A stretch of 64,000 nt of DNA from Azolla caroliniana (Eukaryota; Plantae; Polypodiophyta). Below are positions 14,756 to 28,640 of the stretch, one piece after another. The position numbers and the translations under genes were made by a program. The stretch covers positions 806,001 to 870,000 of the forward strand of contig JBHGNT010000015.1 in the NCBI GenBank assembly GCA_043228905.1, in the 5' to 3' direction. The notes beneath the pieces were generated by a model that worked only from the letters and a program-made list of their open reading frames with translations, searched no databases and had not been told where the DNA came from. The first letter of the stretch is position 1; each line of letters opens with the position of its first letter.

Positions 14756-15418
14756 TGTTGTAAAAATAGAACATAGTAATCAAAACCAAAACTAATCTTG
14801 ATAGCAATTTAGCAAGAAACTCCAAACTTGAACACTAACAAGATCAAAGAGACACGAGATTTACGTGGAAAACCTTGATGTGGGGAAAAACCACAGGATC
14901 GTTCACAACGGCACCAAAATTCCACTAATAAGAAATAATCCAGTGGGTTCAATAGGTTTTCATCTCTAGTTCAAAACTAGAGGCGTTACAATCTTCAAGG
15001 TAAGTCCTTGGATCAACAAATCTCTACAAATCATCACATATAGTGGCAAATTTCACAAATTCATAAAATCTTATCAGAGTAGAATCTATGAAGATAGAGA
15101 GATCAAAAATAAAAAATCCAACTGTTGGATTTGAAGAAGATAGTATCAAGAACAAGTCATTAAACTTTGGCCACGATTGGAGGTCGTTTGGTCATCGATC
15201 GAGGCAAGAATAGTAGCTAGCTACTCTACATCTATCTTCTATCTGTCTCTCTCTTTTCTTTATTGCTGTGTGTTCTTTTTAGTATATTCTCAAAAAACAG
15301 AAATAGTAATAATAAGGGTTATGTTTCTAAAAAAACCCCTTATTACCCCCTAAGAAAAAACCTATAAGTAGAAATTGTATTTGAGCCCTTTTCATACTAG
15401 TTTGGACCCATTACAACA
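14756..15418 (-). mobile_element. Solo LTR, Copia-type
   Basis: Termini TGTTGTAA...TTACAACA (8-bp inverted); internal gagacacgagatttacgtggaaaacc...ggaaaaaccac resembles a reversed plant Copia U5. No matching TSD. Confidence 0.65.
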
Positions 15419-15679
15419 TACACATCCACATACTAATGTGGCAAAAAAAAACATAGACCCAATGAAATATTTGGACCTCTTCCTCCATGTAGGAGGGAAG
15501 AACCCAACAATATTTACACGCCAAACTTGATAGTGTAATGCAATATAACATTCTTGGTATTGGGAAATAATGCAATAATGAAACAAAACATACCAAATTG
15601 TTTAAATAGAGGGAAGATTTTGTATTGTAAAAGTGATATCATTCTCTTTTTGGCATTGCTAAAATTTTCACTTTTCTAT

Positions 15680-16290
15680 TCTCAAAAAGAGGCTACTTTC
15701 CCATTAGTTAGGAGAGTTTTTTACAGAAAGGCTATACAATGTGGTTGCACAACTCACAACAATTGTACTGGTTGTGTCATCCGTTAAAAAGAGGCTCATA
15801 TCTTTTATATATAAAAGGAGACTCATATATATAGCCGAGTTCTAGAATATGAGAAAGCAACCATGGCGACACACATATCCTCTCATATTGTCTACTTAAT
15901 GTAAGTAGGTACCTAGAGCTATAAAAACATATCTTCAAAAATAGTGATATCCATTGCTGGTCAACATGAACTTGATCCCTGGCCCTCAATGGAGGGAGGG
16001 TAGGAGGTCAGTGGGAAACAACCAACAAGGGGAGGGGGTTGGTAGTTCCACCTTGGGCTGTTTCCTCCTTGTGTCACCATCAGTGCGCTCCATTTTTGCC
16101 AAAAACATAACCGAGCAGTGACCACGTTGTCTGAGCGGTTCCAAAACTCATTTAGCTGCTCTCGTAGGCAACTGATAATCGTGAACCATATATCCAAGAT
16201 CAATTCTTTTGGGGGGCGCACCAGATCTCGGAAGACCTTTAGGCAATGTGCTATGAGTTTGTAGAACATATTTTGATATGCTACAAACAA
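15680..16290 (-). mobile_element. LINE 3' remnant, same family as 88-390
   Basis: ORF 15961-16290 (ILDIWFTIISCLR...FWQKW...PRWNYQPP) resembles a LINE ORF2 C-terminus; its 3'UTR is homologous to 88-390. Confidence 0.6.
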
Positions 16291-17769
16291 TAGTATAGTG
16301 CTACAAATAAGAGCAAAGATTTAAAAACTAAAAACTAAAATATGTGGCTAGTTTAAAGTTAGAGATATATTTTAATGTAAACATGAAAATAAGGAAACAT
16401 ATAAGAAAATAAAGAGATAGAGAGAGGAAGACGGGTGTTGATCTACTCGAGCACCCCCAAGTGAAGGGATCAAAATGAACTTGAGCCTTGAAGGATGTCC
16501 CTTACCATTAATATGGGGCTTCAAGTTGCACATAATACAAGATCATAGTCCCAACATAGTCAAATGATCTCTCAATGAGGTTAGTTAGGCCTCATATTCA
16601 TAGCTAGACCCAAGACCCCTAGGCAAGTTCACACTTGGCCCTTAAGGTTTGTAGCAATCCCTAGGATTAAAAGTAATCATCCCTCCCTTATGTTTTCAAT
16701 TAACCCTTACACTCTTATCTGCATGTGTAAAAAACTACAATACAAACTACCACAAGATACATTATGGTCATACCTGTAACATTAACAAATGGAGAAGAAT
16801 ACATAAACACTAGAGCTAAATATCAATGTACAATTTATAAAGTCAAGGTCATGATTTATTTTCAAGATTCTTGTGTTTTCCACATTTATCTAAACTATAT
16901 GCATTCATATACACTTATAATGAATATCATTCATGCACAGAATAGCATTACAAGTAGGATACTACATAAAATGAGGCATAAAAGGTCTTTGTGTTTGAAA
17001 GAGTTTATGATGTGACCAAAACCCAAAATCCCCTTGAGGCATAAAATTAAAACTGCATTTGCATGGTAACAACCACTTCGGCAGAGCTTGGGAATAGTTT
17101 GTTGTTTGTGACATCACGCATGAGGAAAGGGAAACGTGGTCGTTTCCATGTATATTTAGGCAATTATGCCAAATTTAGATTCATCTAGATTTTCTTATGC
17201 TCTATGCCAACGTACTTAATACGAAAGACAAGGATTAGAAAACAAATTGAAAACTACATTATACATTATTGTCAGCATGTATCTAACATACTTCTGTTTT
17301 TGTTTGTAATCTTTTACAAATGCTTGTCACCTATGCCAAGATTTTTGCTCTTACCACACAATTGGAGACGTGAAAAGAAAGCTCAATTCCCTATGTAATT
17401 CCAATCACATAGGATTCTGTAACCAAATTACTTATGCATATCAGATTAAGCTGAATGATTTAGCATGTTGAATGCAACTGGAAAGGTTCCCATTTCTCTC
17501 CCCACAAGTTCAAAACATATATTTTAAAATTGCTCTATGTTAGTAGTTGCCCATGCTATCAAAATTACATACAATGGGTTTCACTTTATTAACTTATGAT
17601 GGTACTGGAAATTTGTAATCTCAATATGGAGCTCATGACTGATGATGGCTTCATTGTTGAATAATATCATTTACAATATGTACACCCATTTCAAATGCTT
17701 ATATATGAAGATGCCTATTTTTGCATTGATGTTGTGTCAAGTCTTATGTATTCCTCCATCGAAGCATGC

Positions 17770-20700
17770 CTATTCATCCCGGACATGTACAAAAGTGCTT
17801 CCTTTGTTCCCACGAGTTATACGGATTTTCTTATCCAGGTACCTGGATAATTTATTATATCTTAGAATTAATATTATCCATTTATTTAAAATGTAAAAAC
17901 TCAGAAACTTACAGTATTTCAGTAAACCCCGTGGCACTGATCTTAAAAGGAATCTCCAAAGACCCCAATTCCAAAGAAGCACTTTCAATGTTGACATCAC
18001 GACGTTGAGCTGAAGTTGCCCTACACATGTGATACATAATAAGAGAGATCCATCATGATCCTTTGAATAAATAAATAAGTAATCTAAACTCCAAAATATA
18101 TCATTTACTCAGATATAGCTTTAGCTCTAAGCCTTATTCCAGGGAGGAACTCAACCAAATTTTCTAATCTCCCACTGTCTGCCTTCACTATCTGTAAAAA
18201 TTCAAGAGTAGTAGAATAAGACAGTTGAATCTCATTAACATTCTTATTTGATGATTAGATGACATTGGACATTGATAGGGTGCCATCCTACAAGAATATT
18301 ACAAAGAATGCCAAATACGTCTCATTAGAGTTGGATGAACAATATATTATTTCATATGAAAGATGTTGTGAGTATCAAAGAGTCCTACATAATTGCGTAC
18401 TCCAGACAAATCCATTTCATATACATGGGGTAAAGACAACTAAGTCATGCCATATAAAGACTCACAAATCACAATACTTCTCTTAATGCCTAGAAAGTTG
18501 ACCCAAACATAGATAGGAAATCTACTCAAGTATCCTTGAAGAATGAACTAAGTTATCAGAATATATTCAATATTTCAAACACGGGCTCAAACTTTGATTG
18601 AAAATCTTTCACCACAAAAAATCTGTATAGAATTGCTTAAATTTGACACTCAATAATACTTAAATTAGATGCACAAAGACTGTCCCAGTTTCATATTCAA
18701 ACCCACTGAATTTTATCTGGAGCATCAGCCACAATGTGAAAAGGATTCATCATACATTTATATCAAGTGAATGCCAGAATCTATGAGCCATATTTACCAC
18801 AGCAAACCACATTCAGAAGGAACAGCCTTTATAGGGATGAAACAAAATTCAGTCTATTACGAAGTGTTAAGAGTAGTAAAAATATTTTAAACAATAAGAA
18901 TCAACCTTCTTCAATAGGATTATTTTGACAACTCAAGACCTTACACAGATGGCTATAGATTGGAGTAACTACTAAACAATACGACATTTTCCCACAGTTT
19001 TCACAAGCAGGGGGTTAAACAACTTCAGATTTGAAAAGTTGATATGCATGTGGTCTTTAACAAACATTAGAAAACATACCTGCCAGCTCGTAAATCCTGA
19101 TGTGGCCTTTTGTAACCAGTTTGCATCAGCTGTCTGAACAAGACAATCTTAGACAGAAGCTGTCAGAATCCACAGATGCTAAGCTCAGGTACTGCCATAA
19201 AAACTGTCAAACACAAGATAGACAAGTTAAGGACCTGCGAGCTCCACAGTAGTCGCCATTTTCCCGCAAGATATTCCAAGTCAGCAGAATTTGGGATTGG
19301 ATTCGTTGGCACAAGCTCTTCAATAATCTGTAAAAAAAGAACCAGCGCAGAAAATATCCAACTATTAGTGTCCTTATAATGTTCATATCTGTCAAAAAGG
19401 TCTGAGGGAATTAAAATCTAGATATATTTTGTACACAACGATAAGATATGCAGAAACTTGGGCTGTGCCTAGAGATATGCCAATAAACTTCAGTCATCAA
19501 CGGTTAGTTCTAATAAGCTTAATCTATGTGGAAATTAAAAGGTAAAACAAGTATGAACCTCATAGACTGTTTGATCCTAATACAGCAATAAAGTGAGTTT
19601 GACAAGAACCATCTTCCTTAGGAATCCAACATGACATGTTCAATTTAGATAAGTGAAGCTTTAGAGCAACATCCCAACCATTTGGAGACCTCTATCAAAG
19701 ACATGGTCCTAGAGGCTACTGCTGCAAGCAATTTCGTCAGTATAATTCTTATGAGCATAAAGATATGCATTCCTGATGTACACTGATTACCTCTTCAATT
19801 CCTTGTCCAATTGATATTGCTTGTAGCAATCGTTGTTGTGGCTCAATATTTTTCTGTAGCACAAACGTAGTCCCCTGTGTTCAACCAAAGCACTTCAACT
19901 TACAAGTCTCAAGCATTGGATAAACATTGCATGCGCACTGGAGGATATAAAAAGAGACCTTATTGCCTTTAGAGATACGGATATTTCCATTAGGGGAAAG
20001 ATATGAGGTTTCAAGCCAGCCTTTTGCTTCATCACCAAGTAACCGAAAGGGCACAGGATAGGGCACTTTGAAAGGAATGAATTTGAAAGAAAAAGCTGCT
20101 TTGTCAAATCGAAATAAAATCCGCCTTCCATTATCAATTGATGCAGCAGCCTGAAATAATCACTATACATTAGCCAACAGGTTCTCATGTCCAACGTATC
20201 CAACATAAAAACTAGCAACAGATTCTGAAAGAAAAAAACAATACCACATTAATGACATGAAACTTTGCAGGACAACGATATGTTCAAAGATATAAACAAA
20301 TTCTGATGTCAAAAGTTACCTGCATTGATTAAAACACTCGAACTTAAAGATAAGAGGCTATTGTATTTTATGAAACTATCCAGCATTTCCTTCGCACATG
20401 CATTTGTATTTATATACATATCTATGCCAGATACGAAAAATGCCACATAAAAGAAAACCGAACGTGTATGTGTGAAAAATGGTAATCCCTAAGTTAGAGA
20501 TGCATAGGTGTGGGTATATGAGGAACAAATTTGTGAGGCCACCACGATAGAGTGACTACCATGAAAATGCATTTTATTTGATAAAAGAACAGCATTGTAT
20601 ATGAGCTTCCTAGGGTGTCAATTCTTACATTCATATTGTTGAGCAATTCACGGTATATTTTCACCTCATTATTCCTCACTTTGAGATACTACATGTTTGT

Positions 20701-23135
20701 TATATTGGAAGTTATATAATAATCTGCTACGATAATGGCTTGTCTTTGTTAAGTACAGAATCCACATGATTTCCTTTCAAGATTCCGTGAAGTTAGATTA
20801 CAGAATCTGTACGAAACCAAGAAGAAGACAAAGCCAATCTTCTACATAAGCAAAAGGGTTGACCTTTCCATTGCTTAACGCCACACATCAAAGAGAATTT
20901 CAGAAAGGTAAGACCCTTCATAATCAATACAAATAAAGGAAATAGAAAGCCAATATGTTGGGCAAAAGATAACCGCCACTTAATCCAATACTTCTTATTC
21001 ATCCTAGGGTCCAAAAATGGTTACATGTCTCAGCCACTGAGCTATAAAATCAGTGTTCAAATCTAGGATAGTGCCCAAACAGAGAGAATAAAGCATTAAG
21101 AGGAAATAATTCTCATCTCCATCATATAATGCAGAAGAAATAATAGCTTTCATACAGTCATAGATATCTACTTTGATCAGTGAGCTATTTTCTCTGTCAG
21201 CTACTTTCATTCAGTCATCTGTTACTTCTTTATCATCCATCTTTACTTGAGAATTTTCTCTTGGGTTGTATGTGTGTTGCAGTCTCAATCAACTACTATG
21301 CTGCTTGGAATTTCCCACTTCTTTATATTTTGTCCTCTCTATTCATTCTGTTTTGTGTGACTATCTTAACTTCTTATTAATTGACTCTTTCAAGAATACC
21401 TCTACTTTTAGTTCACCAATCGCCTCTGAAAATCTGACAATATTGCTGACTCGAGGATCGCTTGTTCCTCGTAGTGAAATTTCCTGAAAAACACTGAATG
21501 CATCCACCCCTACAAAAGTCCTCTACAAGGAACAACGTGGAAATTAGAAACAAAACCCAGGTGCAGCTAAACTTAAGCTTTGAGATATGATTTATGAACA
21601 TATCTTACCTGGATGGGTGAAGCAGTACCAGGACGAGTAGTGAACATAAGCCTCCATGTGCCTTCTATCAAGTCTGAACTGGTCTGTTAAAAAATAAATA
21701 TTTAGAGAAAATCCAATAAACATACATGGACACATACACTTGGAAACTTACAGGTTCTTCAATTCCACCAATGGCTTCTAATGACTTCACTGCATCAGAT
21801 ATTTTCTGCACACAATGAACAAATAGAGATTTCATTAAGGCATTTATTAGAAATATTGCCCCATAGTTCTCTCAATTATTTAGTCCTGGGGGAGATATAC
21901 AACAATTTCTTATTTCACATCCTCCCCTGTCACATCTTGTGTAGTAATTGCATTCAGATCTTCCTTTAGCATTTTATCTTTGCTTTTTCAAATGGGCTTT
22001 TTACCAAGATATCTCCTCATATCTACACAATTCAAGCTTCTTCGTTGATGATGCTACATAGATCAAAGGGATCACGGTACATAATCATTACACAAGAAAC
22101 CTTTCAAAGAAGACGAGTCCTCATCTTCACAAGTCTACTAATAGTTCAATTTAGCTACATGGATGTAAATTTGTCTCCAAGGGATTTGGATTTCCTCTCA
22201 ATAGTTCATAATATCTCTATAGGCAACAAGATATCTTCTACAAGTGGCATATGAGCTGATATCACTTTGGTTAGATGGTTCAGTACTTCATCCTAAGCAT
22301 CAAAAACTAGTGCAAAAGTCTAGTTACAGAGAAGATCACATCATCAAAGTTGGGGACGGAACCATCATAACTCAATAGAGTTTTTGCTCTTGTTTGCCAC
22401 TGTTTGGCTTCATTCTGAGCTGGCTTTTATGCAAAACAAGATAACACACTCATGGTGCTTCCTACTTGTGTAATGAGACCCCACATAAAGTTAGTTCCAA
22501 CATACTTTGACAATCAATGAGAGGAAGCTTCAATGAAAAATGATTCAAAACCGAAGTGTGATCTTCAAGGAAAAGCAATGAAGGTGCAGAAATGCAGAAG
22601 CACTGACAATGCTCCAAGAAAAGCAATGATGGCTTCCTCCCAGTGTGTAAGATGGTTCTGTTTCCCTACACAAACATACATCTCCTTCTGACATAATCTG
22701 ACCACCAATGAGATCCGGATGCATCTCCCTGTGTGTAATGAAAGGTTCTTCCAACGGAAAATTCATCACTTCCCCAAGTCACTTCAGAATTGATGAAACA
22801 AAGCTCATGGAAAATGCAAATATCTTTGTATTCCAACAGAAAAAAAAGACAGGATGGCCTTGCTACTCAAGACAAAAGCAGCAATGACACAGCAGGAAGA
22901 GCAGAAATACCTCGAGTTTGGAGAGAGGGATTCCACGGCCACGGCCTTGAACTCCGACGAGAGCATCAATGAGGTCACGCTCTGCTTCTTGGATCGGTTT
23001 GATGACAGAAGAAGAAGAAGAAGAAGAGACTGAAGGGAGTGAAGATCGAACTATGGACCTACGCGAGGCACGCAGGGAAACGTTGGTGGAAGGAGGGAGA
23101 AGAAAGCCATGAAGGTGCAGACTAGTCATCATCAC
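17770..23135 (-). CDS. FBN10: Two-domain PAP/fibrillin plastid-lipid-associated protein (FBN10/PAP12-like), 387 aa, with an S/R-rich transit peptide
   Basis: 11 exons: 23135-22911, 21805-21752, 21683-21609, 21522-21400, 20150-19959, 19874-19791, 19327-19235, 19133-19080, 18191-18109, 18020-17913, 17842-17770; all GT-AG, 1164 nt in frame. Motifs LIDALVGVQGRGR, FTTRPGTASPIQRTFVGVD, PYPVPFRLLGDEAKGWL, YLDKKIRITRGNKGSTFVH. Confidence 0.92.
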
Positions 23136-23653
23136 TCCTGCCTAACCTTTTCTTCTTCCCACTCTCCTCTCCTCTACCCTGCCAGTAACTGCTACTACTA
23201 CTACTACACTTTCCATGGAGAGTTTCCTATCTCATTGATATGTATCACCATATCCATCCATCTCTTCCTTACATCCATCCCTGCATCATCATCATCATCA
23301 TCATCATCAGTATTAGTTCCTGTGTTTCTCCATCGATTCTCAGAAAACTGACTGCCGCATTTCGGGGGTTCGAAACCAGACCCGACGAAGCTCATACATC
23401 CAGTTTTTCGGGTGTATTCTAACCGGCCTTTGGAGAAGTGATCATGATTCATGGTTCAAGGGGTTCGGAAGTAGACCAATGAATTCAATACATACTTCAT
23501 CATGGAATGACATATACAAAGGTTGTGTCCATTTTGCTGCGCTGAATGCTCTTCGACATTAGGGTGTGCCTTGAGCATGATTCAATGACCTATTGCATTG
23601 GTCATAATGTTTTCAAGACATTTGGGAATGTGAACTTAATTCTCATACGATTC

Positions 23654-23730
23654 TACATGTAGGCTGATGTCCATATTTGCATCTAACATCTCATACATGT
23701 AGGCTGATGTCCATATTTACATCTAACATC
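23654..23730. repeat. Two-copy 40-bp tandem duplication
   Basis: tacatgtaggctgatgtccatattt(g/a)catctaacatc at 23654 and 23694. Confidence 0.9.
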
Positions 23731-24831
23731 ACTAGAGCACTACTTTGACATTCAAAACAATGAGAATTTCGAGTCATGTGGCCTACCAACAAGATTCTAC
23801 AATGTTGTGGGAACCCTACTATGCTTGCCCTATTAGATAGATATCCAATGAGCTAAGTGCAGCTCCATTGAAGTTCTATAAAGACGCTTCATAAATTTCT
23901 CCTTTCAACAAGCTATTACCTCTCACAACCTTGAATTTCAATGCCAAGGAAAACATATCTTGAAAGAGACCATCAATAAATACGCATTTGTTACAAACAC
24001 CAATACCTTTGCTTTACTGTGAAATTTCTATCCAATAGGAGACTAATCGCAATGCTCAAGGTATTTCATTGACTCACTAGGTATGACTTCTCTTCTTCTC
24101 CTCTTAATTATGCTACATATTCTGGGAAAACGCATTTATGTGCATAAAAAATGTTGGAGAAATCTCAAGAAAGATCCACATGTGTAATTACAAGCTAAGA
24201 AGTATAAGCAAGGTGTGGATATACCTAATAGCTAAAGAACATGGTATAGCATGTCATAACATTGGAAATTATTTTGTGATCATTGTAGTTATCAAGTTGC
24301 ACTTAGCCTGTTCAAACTAGCATCCATGCATAGAGGAAGAACCCGTGGATAGAGGACAGACAAAAGCCACAAAAGAAGAAGAAATGAGACAGTGAATTGG
24401 CAAAATAGGAAGACATGAAAAAGCAAAAATATAAATCAAGTTAGAAAAACTACATATCTCCTGAAACTAAGATAAAAACATAGGTAGGAAGAACAAAATG
24501 CAATCAGTTTGCAGAGTCCCACAAATATGTTAGAAATGATGTAAAGTTTCCAACCCAAGTCTGAAGGCCCCCGAGACTCATACAAGTTCTTCATTTTGTT
24601 ACGATCTAGTCACCCCAGCAAATGTACATACACGAATGATATCATGCTGATACCAAAGTTTCCATTCAATGCTGTCTTGCCTAGAGCATTCCCAGATCTA
24701 AGCTGGTAAATGATGTGATGCCTTCAATTACACAATTTATATCTTTTCATTGCATCTTCATGATGTGGGCAATATGTACAGTGGGTGATCTCCGAGAATC
24801 CAGGCCAAAGATCAACAAAACCAACAACCCA

Positions 24832-27800
24832 TCAAACCTTCCAAACTTTCACTGTGCCATCAACCGATGATGTAACCATGCAGTTCTCACTCTGATGATA
24901 ACTCACGCTTGTCACCTACATCACAATATTCAATTCTCAATTTGCAAGCAGTATGTGTGAAATAAAATTCATCAGCCATCTATCTCTACTGTATTTAGAT
25001 TTAAATTAACTCAACCTGTCTTAACTACGATTTTGTAATGCCTAAAGGACATAAGAACTTACCACAGAAGCATGCGCTTTAAAGGATACAGCAATAGAGG
25101 CATCTACAAGGTCCCAGAAAATGATATTTCCATCCTCTGAACCACTCACAACATGAGCATCTCTATTTGTCAAGCAGCTGTCCATTTTGTATGACTGAAA
25201 TTAACAGCAGCAAACTGTGTAAAACTTTTTGAATGAGTCAGAAAAGTGGGTGAGGTTTTGGTGTACAACACAAGTGTTCATTATATAGATACAAGGTTTA
25301 ATCAATCTGGCAATGCATCACTAAGGATGGATTTATACAGAGACTAAGATGCATGGATGTATATAGTGGTCAAAGTGCACAAGTGGTGATTGGCTAACTA
25401 TGCTATCAACAGCGAGAGACTCTTTATGTAGCAGCATAATCATGAGTAATAAGCAATCCAGAGTTATGAATTATGCTTTTTAAGATGCTTGAAATAAAAA
25501 TGCAAGTTAAAATGGTCAACTTTTTCTTAACTTGCATATAAATTTTGGCAATGTAAACATGCAATGACAACTTGCAATAATAACAATAATAATGGTCTAC
25601 AATTCTTGGTCACTTTATTTGAGTCAACATTTTCACCTTACATGTATGCCCTTTGTACTCTTGAAGCAGATCACCAGTAGACCTTCAAAAAGGTAAGGTA
25701 CACAAAATTCTTAATATGAGCATCAACTCAACGAATTCTTTTTAAAAAGTCAACAGCTAAAATATTGAAAGCTTCTCATACCATGATCATAAAGAGTTTG
25801 CGTAATAACATTCAAATGTGAGCAAACTCATTACAAGATTGACATCAAACACTCCTCACCTTTCTATTAGTCGTATTGTTGAATCCAAACACCCTGCTAG
25901 TATGCACTTCTGGTCATGTGATAGAAATGTACTTGTAACAGGTTGTCCCAAGAGATCCACATATTCCCTGTCCATATCATCAAATAAAAGGAAGTTAGAT
26001 AAGCCAATCTATGCATCTGTGTCTCATATAGAGCTCCGAACTACCTGCCAATTCGGATGTCAAATGTCCGTACAGACCCATCAACAGAACCCCCAATGAT
26101 CTCGGTTGGTGTCACAACCACTGATGTTACACTGTCTGAAAATGTGTCGATCATCTGTGATGAATATATCATACAATGGTTACATATATGTGCAATCAAT
26201 TGAAGACAAAACATGTGTTACAAACATCGATCATCCAATAGTACCTGAATAGGTTCCACACTTTGTGATCGACAATCCCAAACTTTGATAGAACGATCGT
26301 ACCCTCCAGAAACAATAACTGAATTGAGCTCATTAAATTTTACTGAATTCACCTGCCCAAACAGGTCACGAGGAGGGGGGGCAATTACACTATTTTAGGA
26401 GGCTACTATAAAGTACTCATCCTCAAAACAGAAGGCTTGCGTCAAATAAAAACCTCACTATCATGGCCTCGAAATTTGCGAATAACCCGTCCTGTACAGA
26501 CATCCCAGTAAAATATTTGTCGATCACCTCCACAGGAACATAGTTTTGTATTGTCCCTGTCACAAAAAGAACCTCCGCACTCGCTGAAATTTTTTGAATC
26601 TAGGAAGTAAATAAACAAAGGTAAATGAAAACAGAGTTAAGGGCATTGAAGACAAATGAAAATAAGTGAAGATGGATCACAGAGATCAGACACAATAGAA
26701 TTGATTCGTTGGGATTCTCACATTGATGGGATTTAGGCACCAGAATAAGGTAAAATAACTTTTTCACTTTCCCTAGGGTGTTGGGTCATGCTTCTTTAGT
26801 TTTTGTTAAACCCCTTAACTTTTCTCAGGTTAGAGACCCTATAGGAAACCATGTAGCCAAGCTCACAGCATCATCTTTTGGTTAAAATGCTGGAAATCAA
26901 TTGACAGATGTTAAGTGTGTGTGTGTGTGTGAGAGAGAGAGATAGAGAAAGAGAGATAGAAGTCGTTGCATGGCCACTGTTGTCAATGTCTTACATGGAG
27001 TACTGATAATTGTACACAGTATGGAAAGGCATATCTAATTCTTGTAAATGATATGGAAATGAATATTTGTTTGCCGAAAAGCCATCTGAGGAGAGTTTCA
27101 CCTTGCAATTAGCAGGAATATAGCTAATAATTTGATTGCTGAATGAGAATACAATATAGATGCTCATCGTGATTCTTGTCCAATGATGAGATGCCGAAAG
27201 ATTAAACCTAAATATCTTTACTTCAAACAAAGAGGACACCATTTAGAAGGTTCAAAGGTTAGGAAGTGAGGCAAAATAGTATTTAATTGAGTTTTTCTCT
27301 CTTAATGGATTTCCATTTGTACAGTCTATAGGTGGTCAATCTTGAGAAAAAACATAGAAACTTGCTGGATTGATAAAGAAAAAAATCCCAAATAGGTGGC
27401 CCTGTTTTTGAAATCCATAGATCATATATATTTATGAATTTTGAAATAAGTGCATGCTACTCCTATAAATGCATTTAAAAAAGTGTCAAATACACCTATA
27501 AATGCATTCAGGAAGTACATAATGCTCCTCTTGATGCATCAAAAAACTGAAGATATAGATGCATTGATCTCGAGCACTCCTGTTGGGGGAAAGACGAATC
27601 TTTGATTTCACTGTAATTTACAAGTGCATTATTCAAAATAGAAACACCTTTAGAATTTGGTGATTGAAAAGTTGGAAATGCCTCGAACTTGTGATTTTGG
27701 TTTGGAATTTAAAAGGCAAAGCCCACATTTCAAACAAAAATTTCAGACTCATCAGGGATTAGAAATGGCCAATTTTAGCAGGCGGGGGGAGAAGAAAAAA

Positions 27801-28044
27801 GAGAGAGAGGAAGGTGAGTTCAGACACACCTGCAGACGTCGACGTCTCTGACGTCGCGAGCGTGGGCCTTGTAGGTCTTGATGGGGATGGCACGATGGGG
27901 GTTCCAGAGGCGGAGGGTTCGATCACGGCCGCAGCTAAGGCAGTAGTTCCCGTCGGAATTGAAACGAACAGCAAGAACAGCTCCCTCGTGGCCCTTCAGG
28001 ACGCTGGCCTCCCTGGTGGGGAAACCATGCTCCTCCTTCGCCAT
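24832..28044 (-). CDS. WDR83: WD40-repeat protein WDR83/MORG1 homolog, 301 aa
   Basis: 8 exons: 28044-27830, 26556-26454, 26352-26245, 26154-26045, 25967-25860, 25682-25637, 25194-25063, 24915-24832; 906 nt in frame. Motifs GHEGAVLAVRFNSDGNYCLSCG.DRT.RLWNP, SCGGDRQIFYWDV.TGRVIRKFRGH, WDCRS..EPIQ, GGSVDG.VRTFDIRIG. Confidence 0.95.
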
Positions 28045-28640
28045 AGCCTACACCTCTTCCTGCTCCTGCTCCTCTGTTTCACTCACCCCTTCCTCTGTTC
28101 CTTCCTCTGTCTTCCTCTGTTCCTTCCCCTGTCTTCCTCTGTTCTTCGTTTGGTGCCTGATTTTCCAAAATTACGAAAATGCCCCTCCCGTTTTTGTTCC
28201 TGTGCTCACGTTCTCATGAATTCTTCTTTTTGCTTCTATTTTTAAAATGATAATATATAAATTTCTACTTTATATATATTTACTGATTTGCTTCATTTAC
28301 TTCTTTATTTTGTTTACAAACTTAAATTTTTTTCTTTAATACTCTTCATTTACTTCTTTTATTTCTACATATTATTGTGAAATGCTCTCAAGAATAGCCC
28401 TCTTTTCATTATGTCTCAAGTTACATTTTATAGACTCTCTCTTAGCGTGGAGGGTGTTCTCCCGCTCCAATTAGCTCTACTAATTATGGGGCTTGGTGGG
28501 GGCCTAGTTTGGGTGTGGTGCATGAGGCTTGGTAGGGGCCTAATTTGGGTGTGGTCTATGTGTGGTGCATGGGGCTTGGTAGGGGCCTAATCTAGGTGTG
28601 GTCCATGTGACCACCACAATTCCCCCTTGTAAAAAAAAAG

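Noticed and set aside
19226-19234. TCCTTAAC (U12 branch-point-like) at an FBN10 intron
   Set aside because: It sits at the donor, which is not GTATCCTT; treated as a normal U2 intron.
22275-22790. C/D-box snoRNA candidates in FBN10 intron 1
   Set aside because: One has an imperfect C box and no terminal stem; the other lacks a D box.
23367-23377. B-box-like GGTTCGAAACC suggesting a tRNA gene
   Set aside because: No A-box, D-arm or acceptor stem around it.
23204-23452. 82-aa ORF and (ATG)n tract upstream of FBN10
   Set aside because: Driven by a (CAT)n microsatellite; TSS unknown, so uORF status is unsupported.
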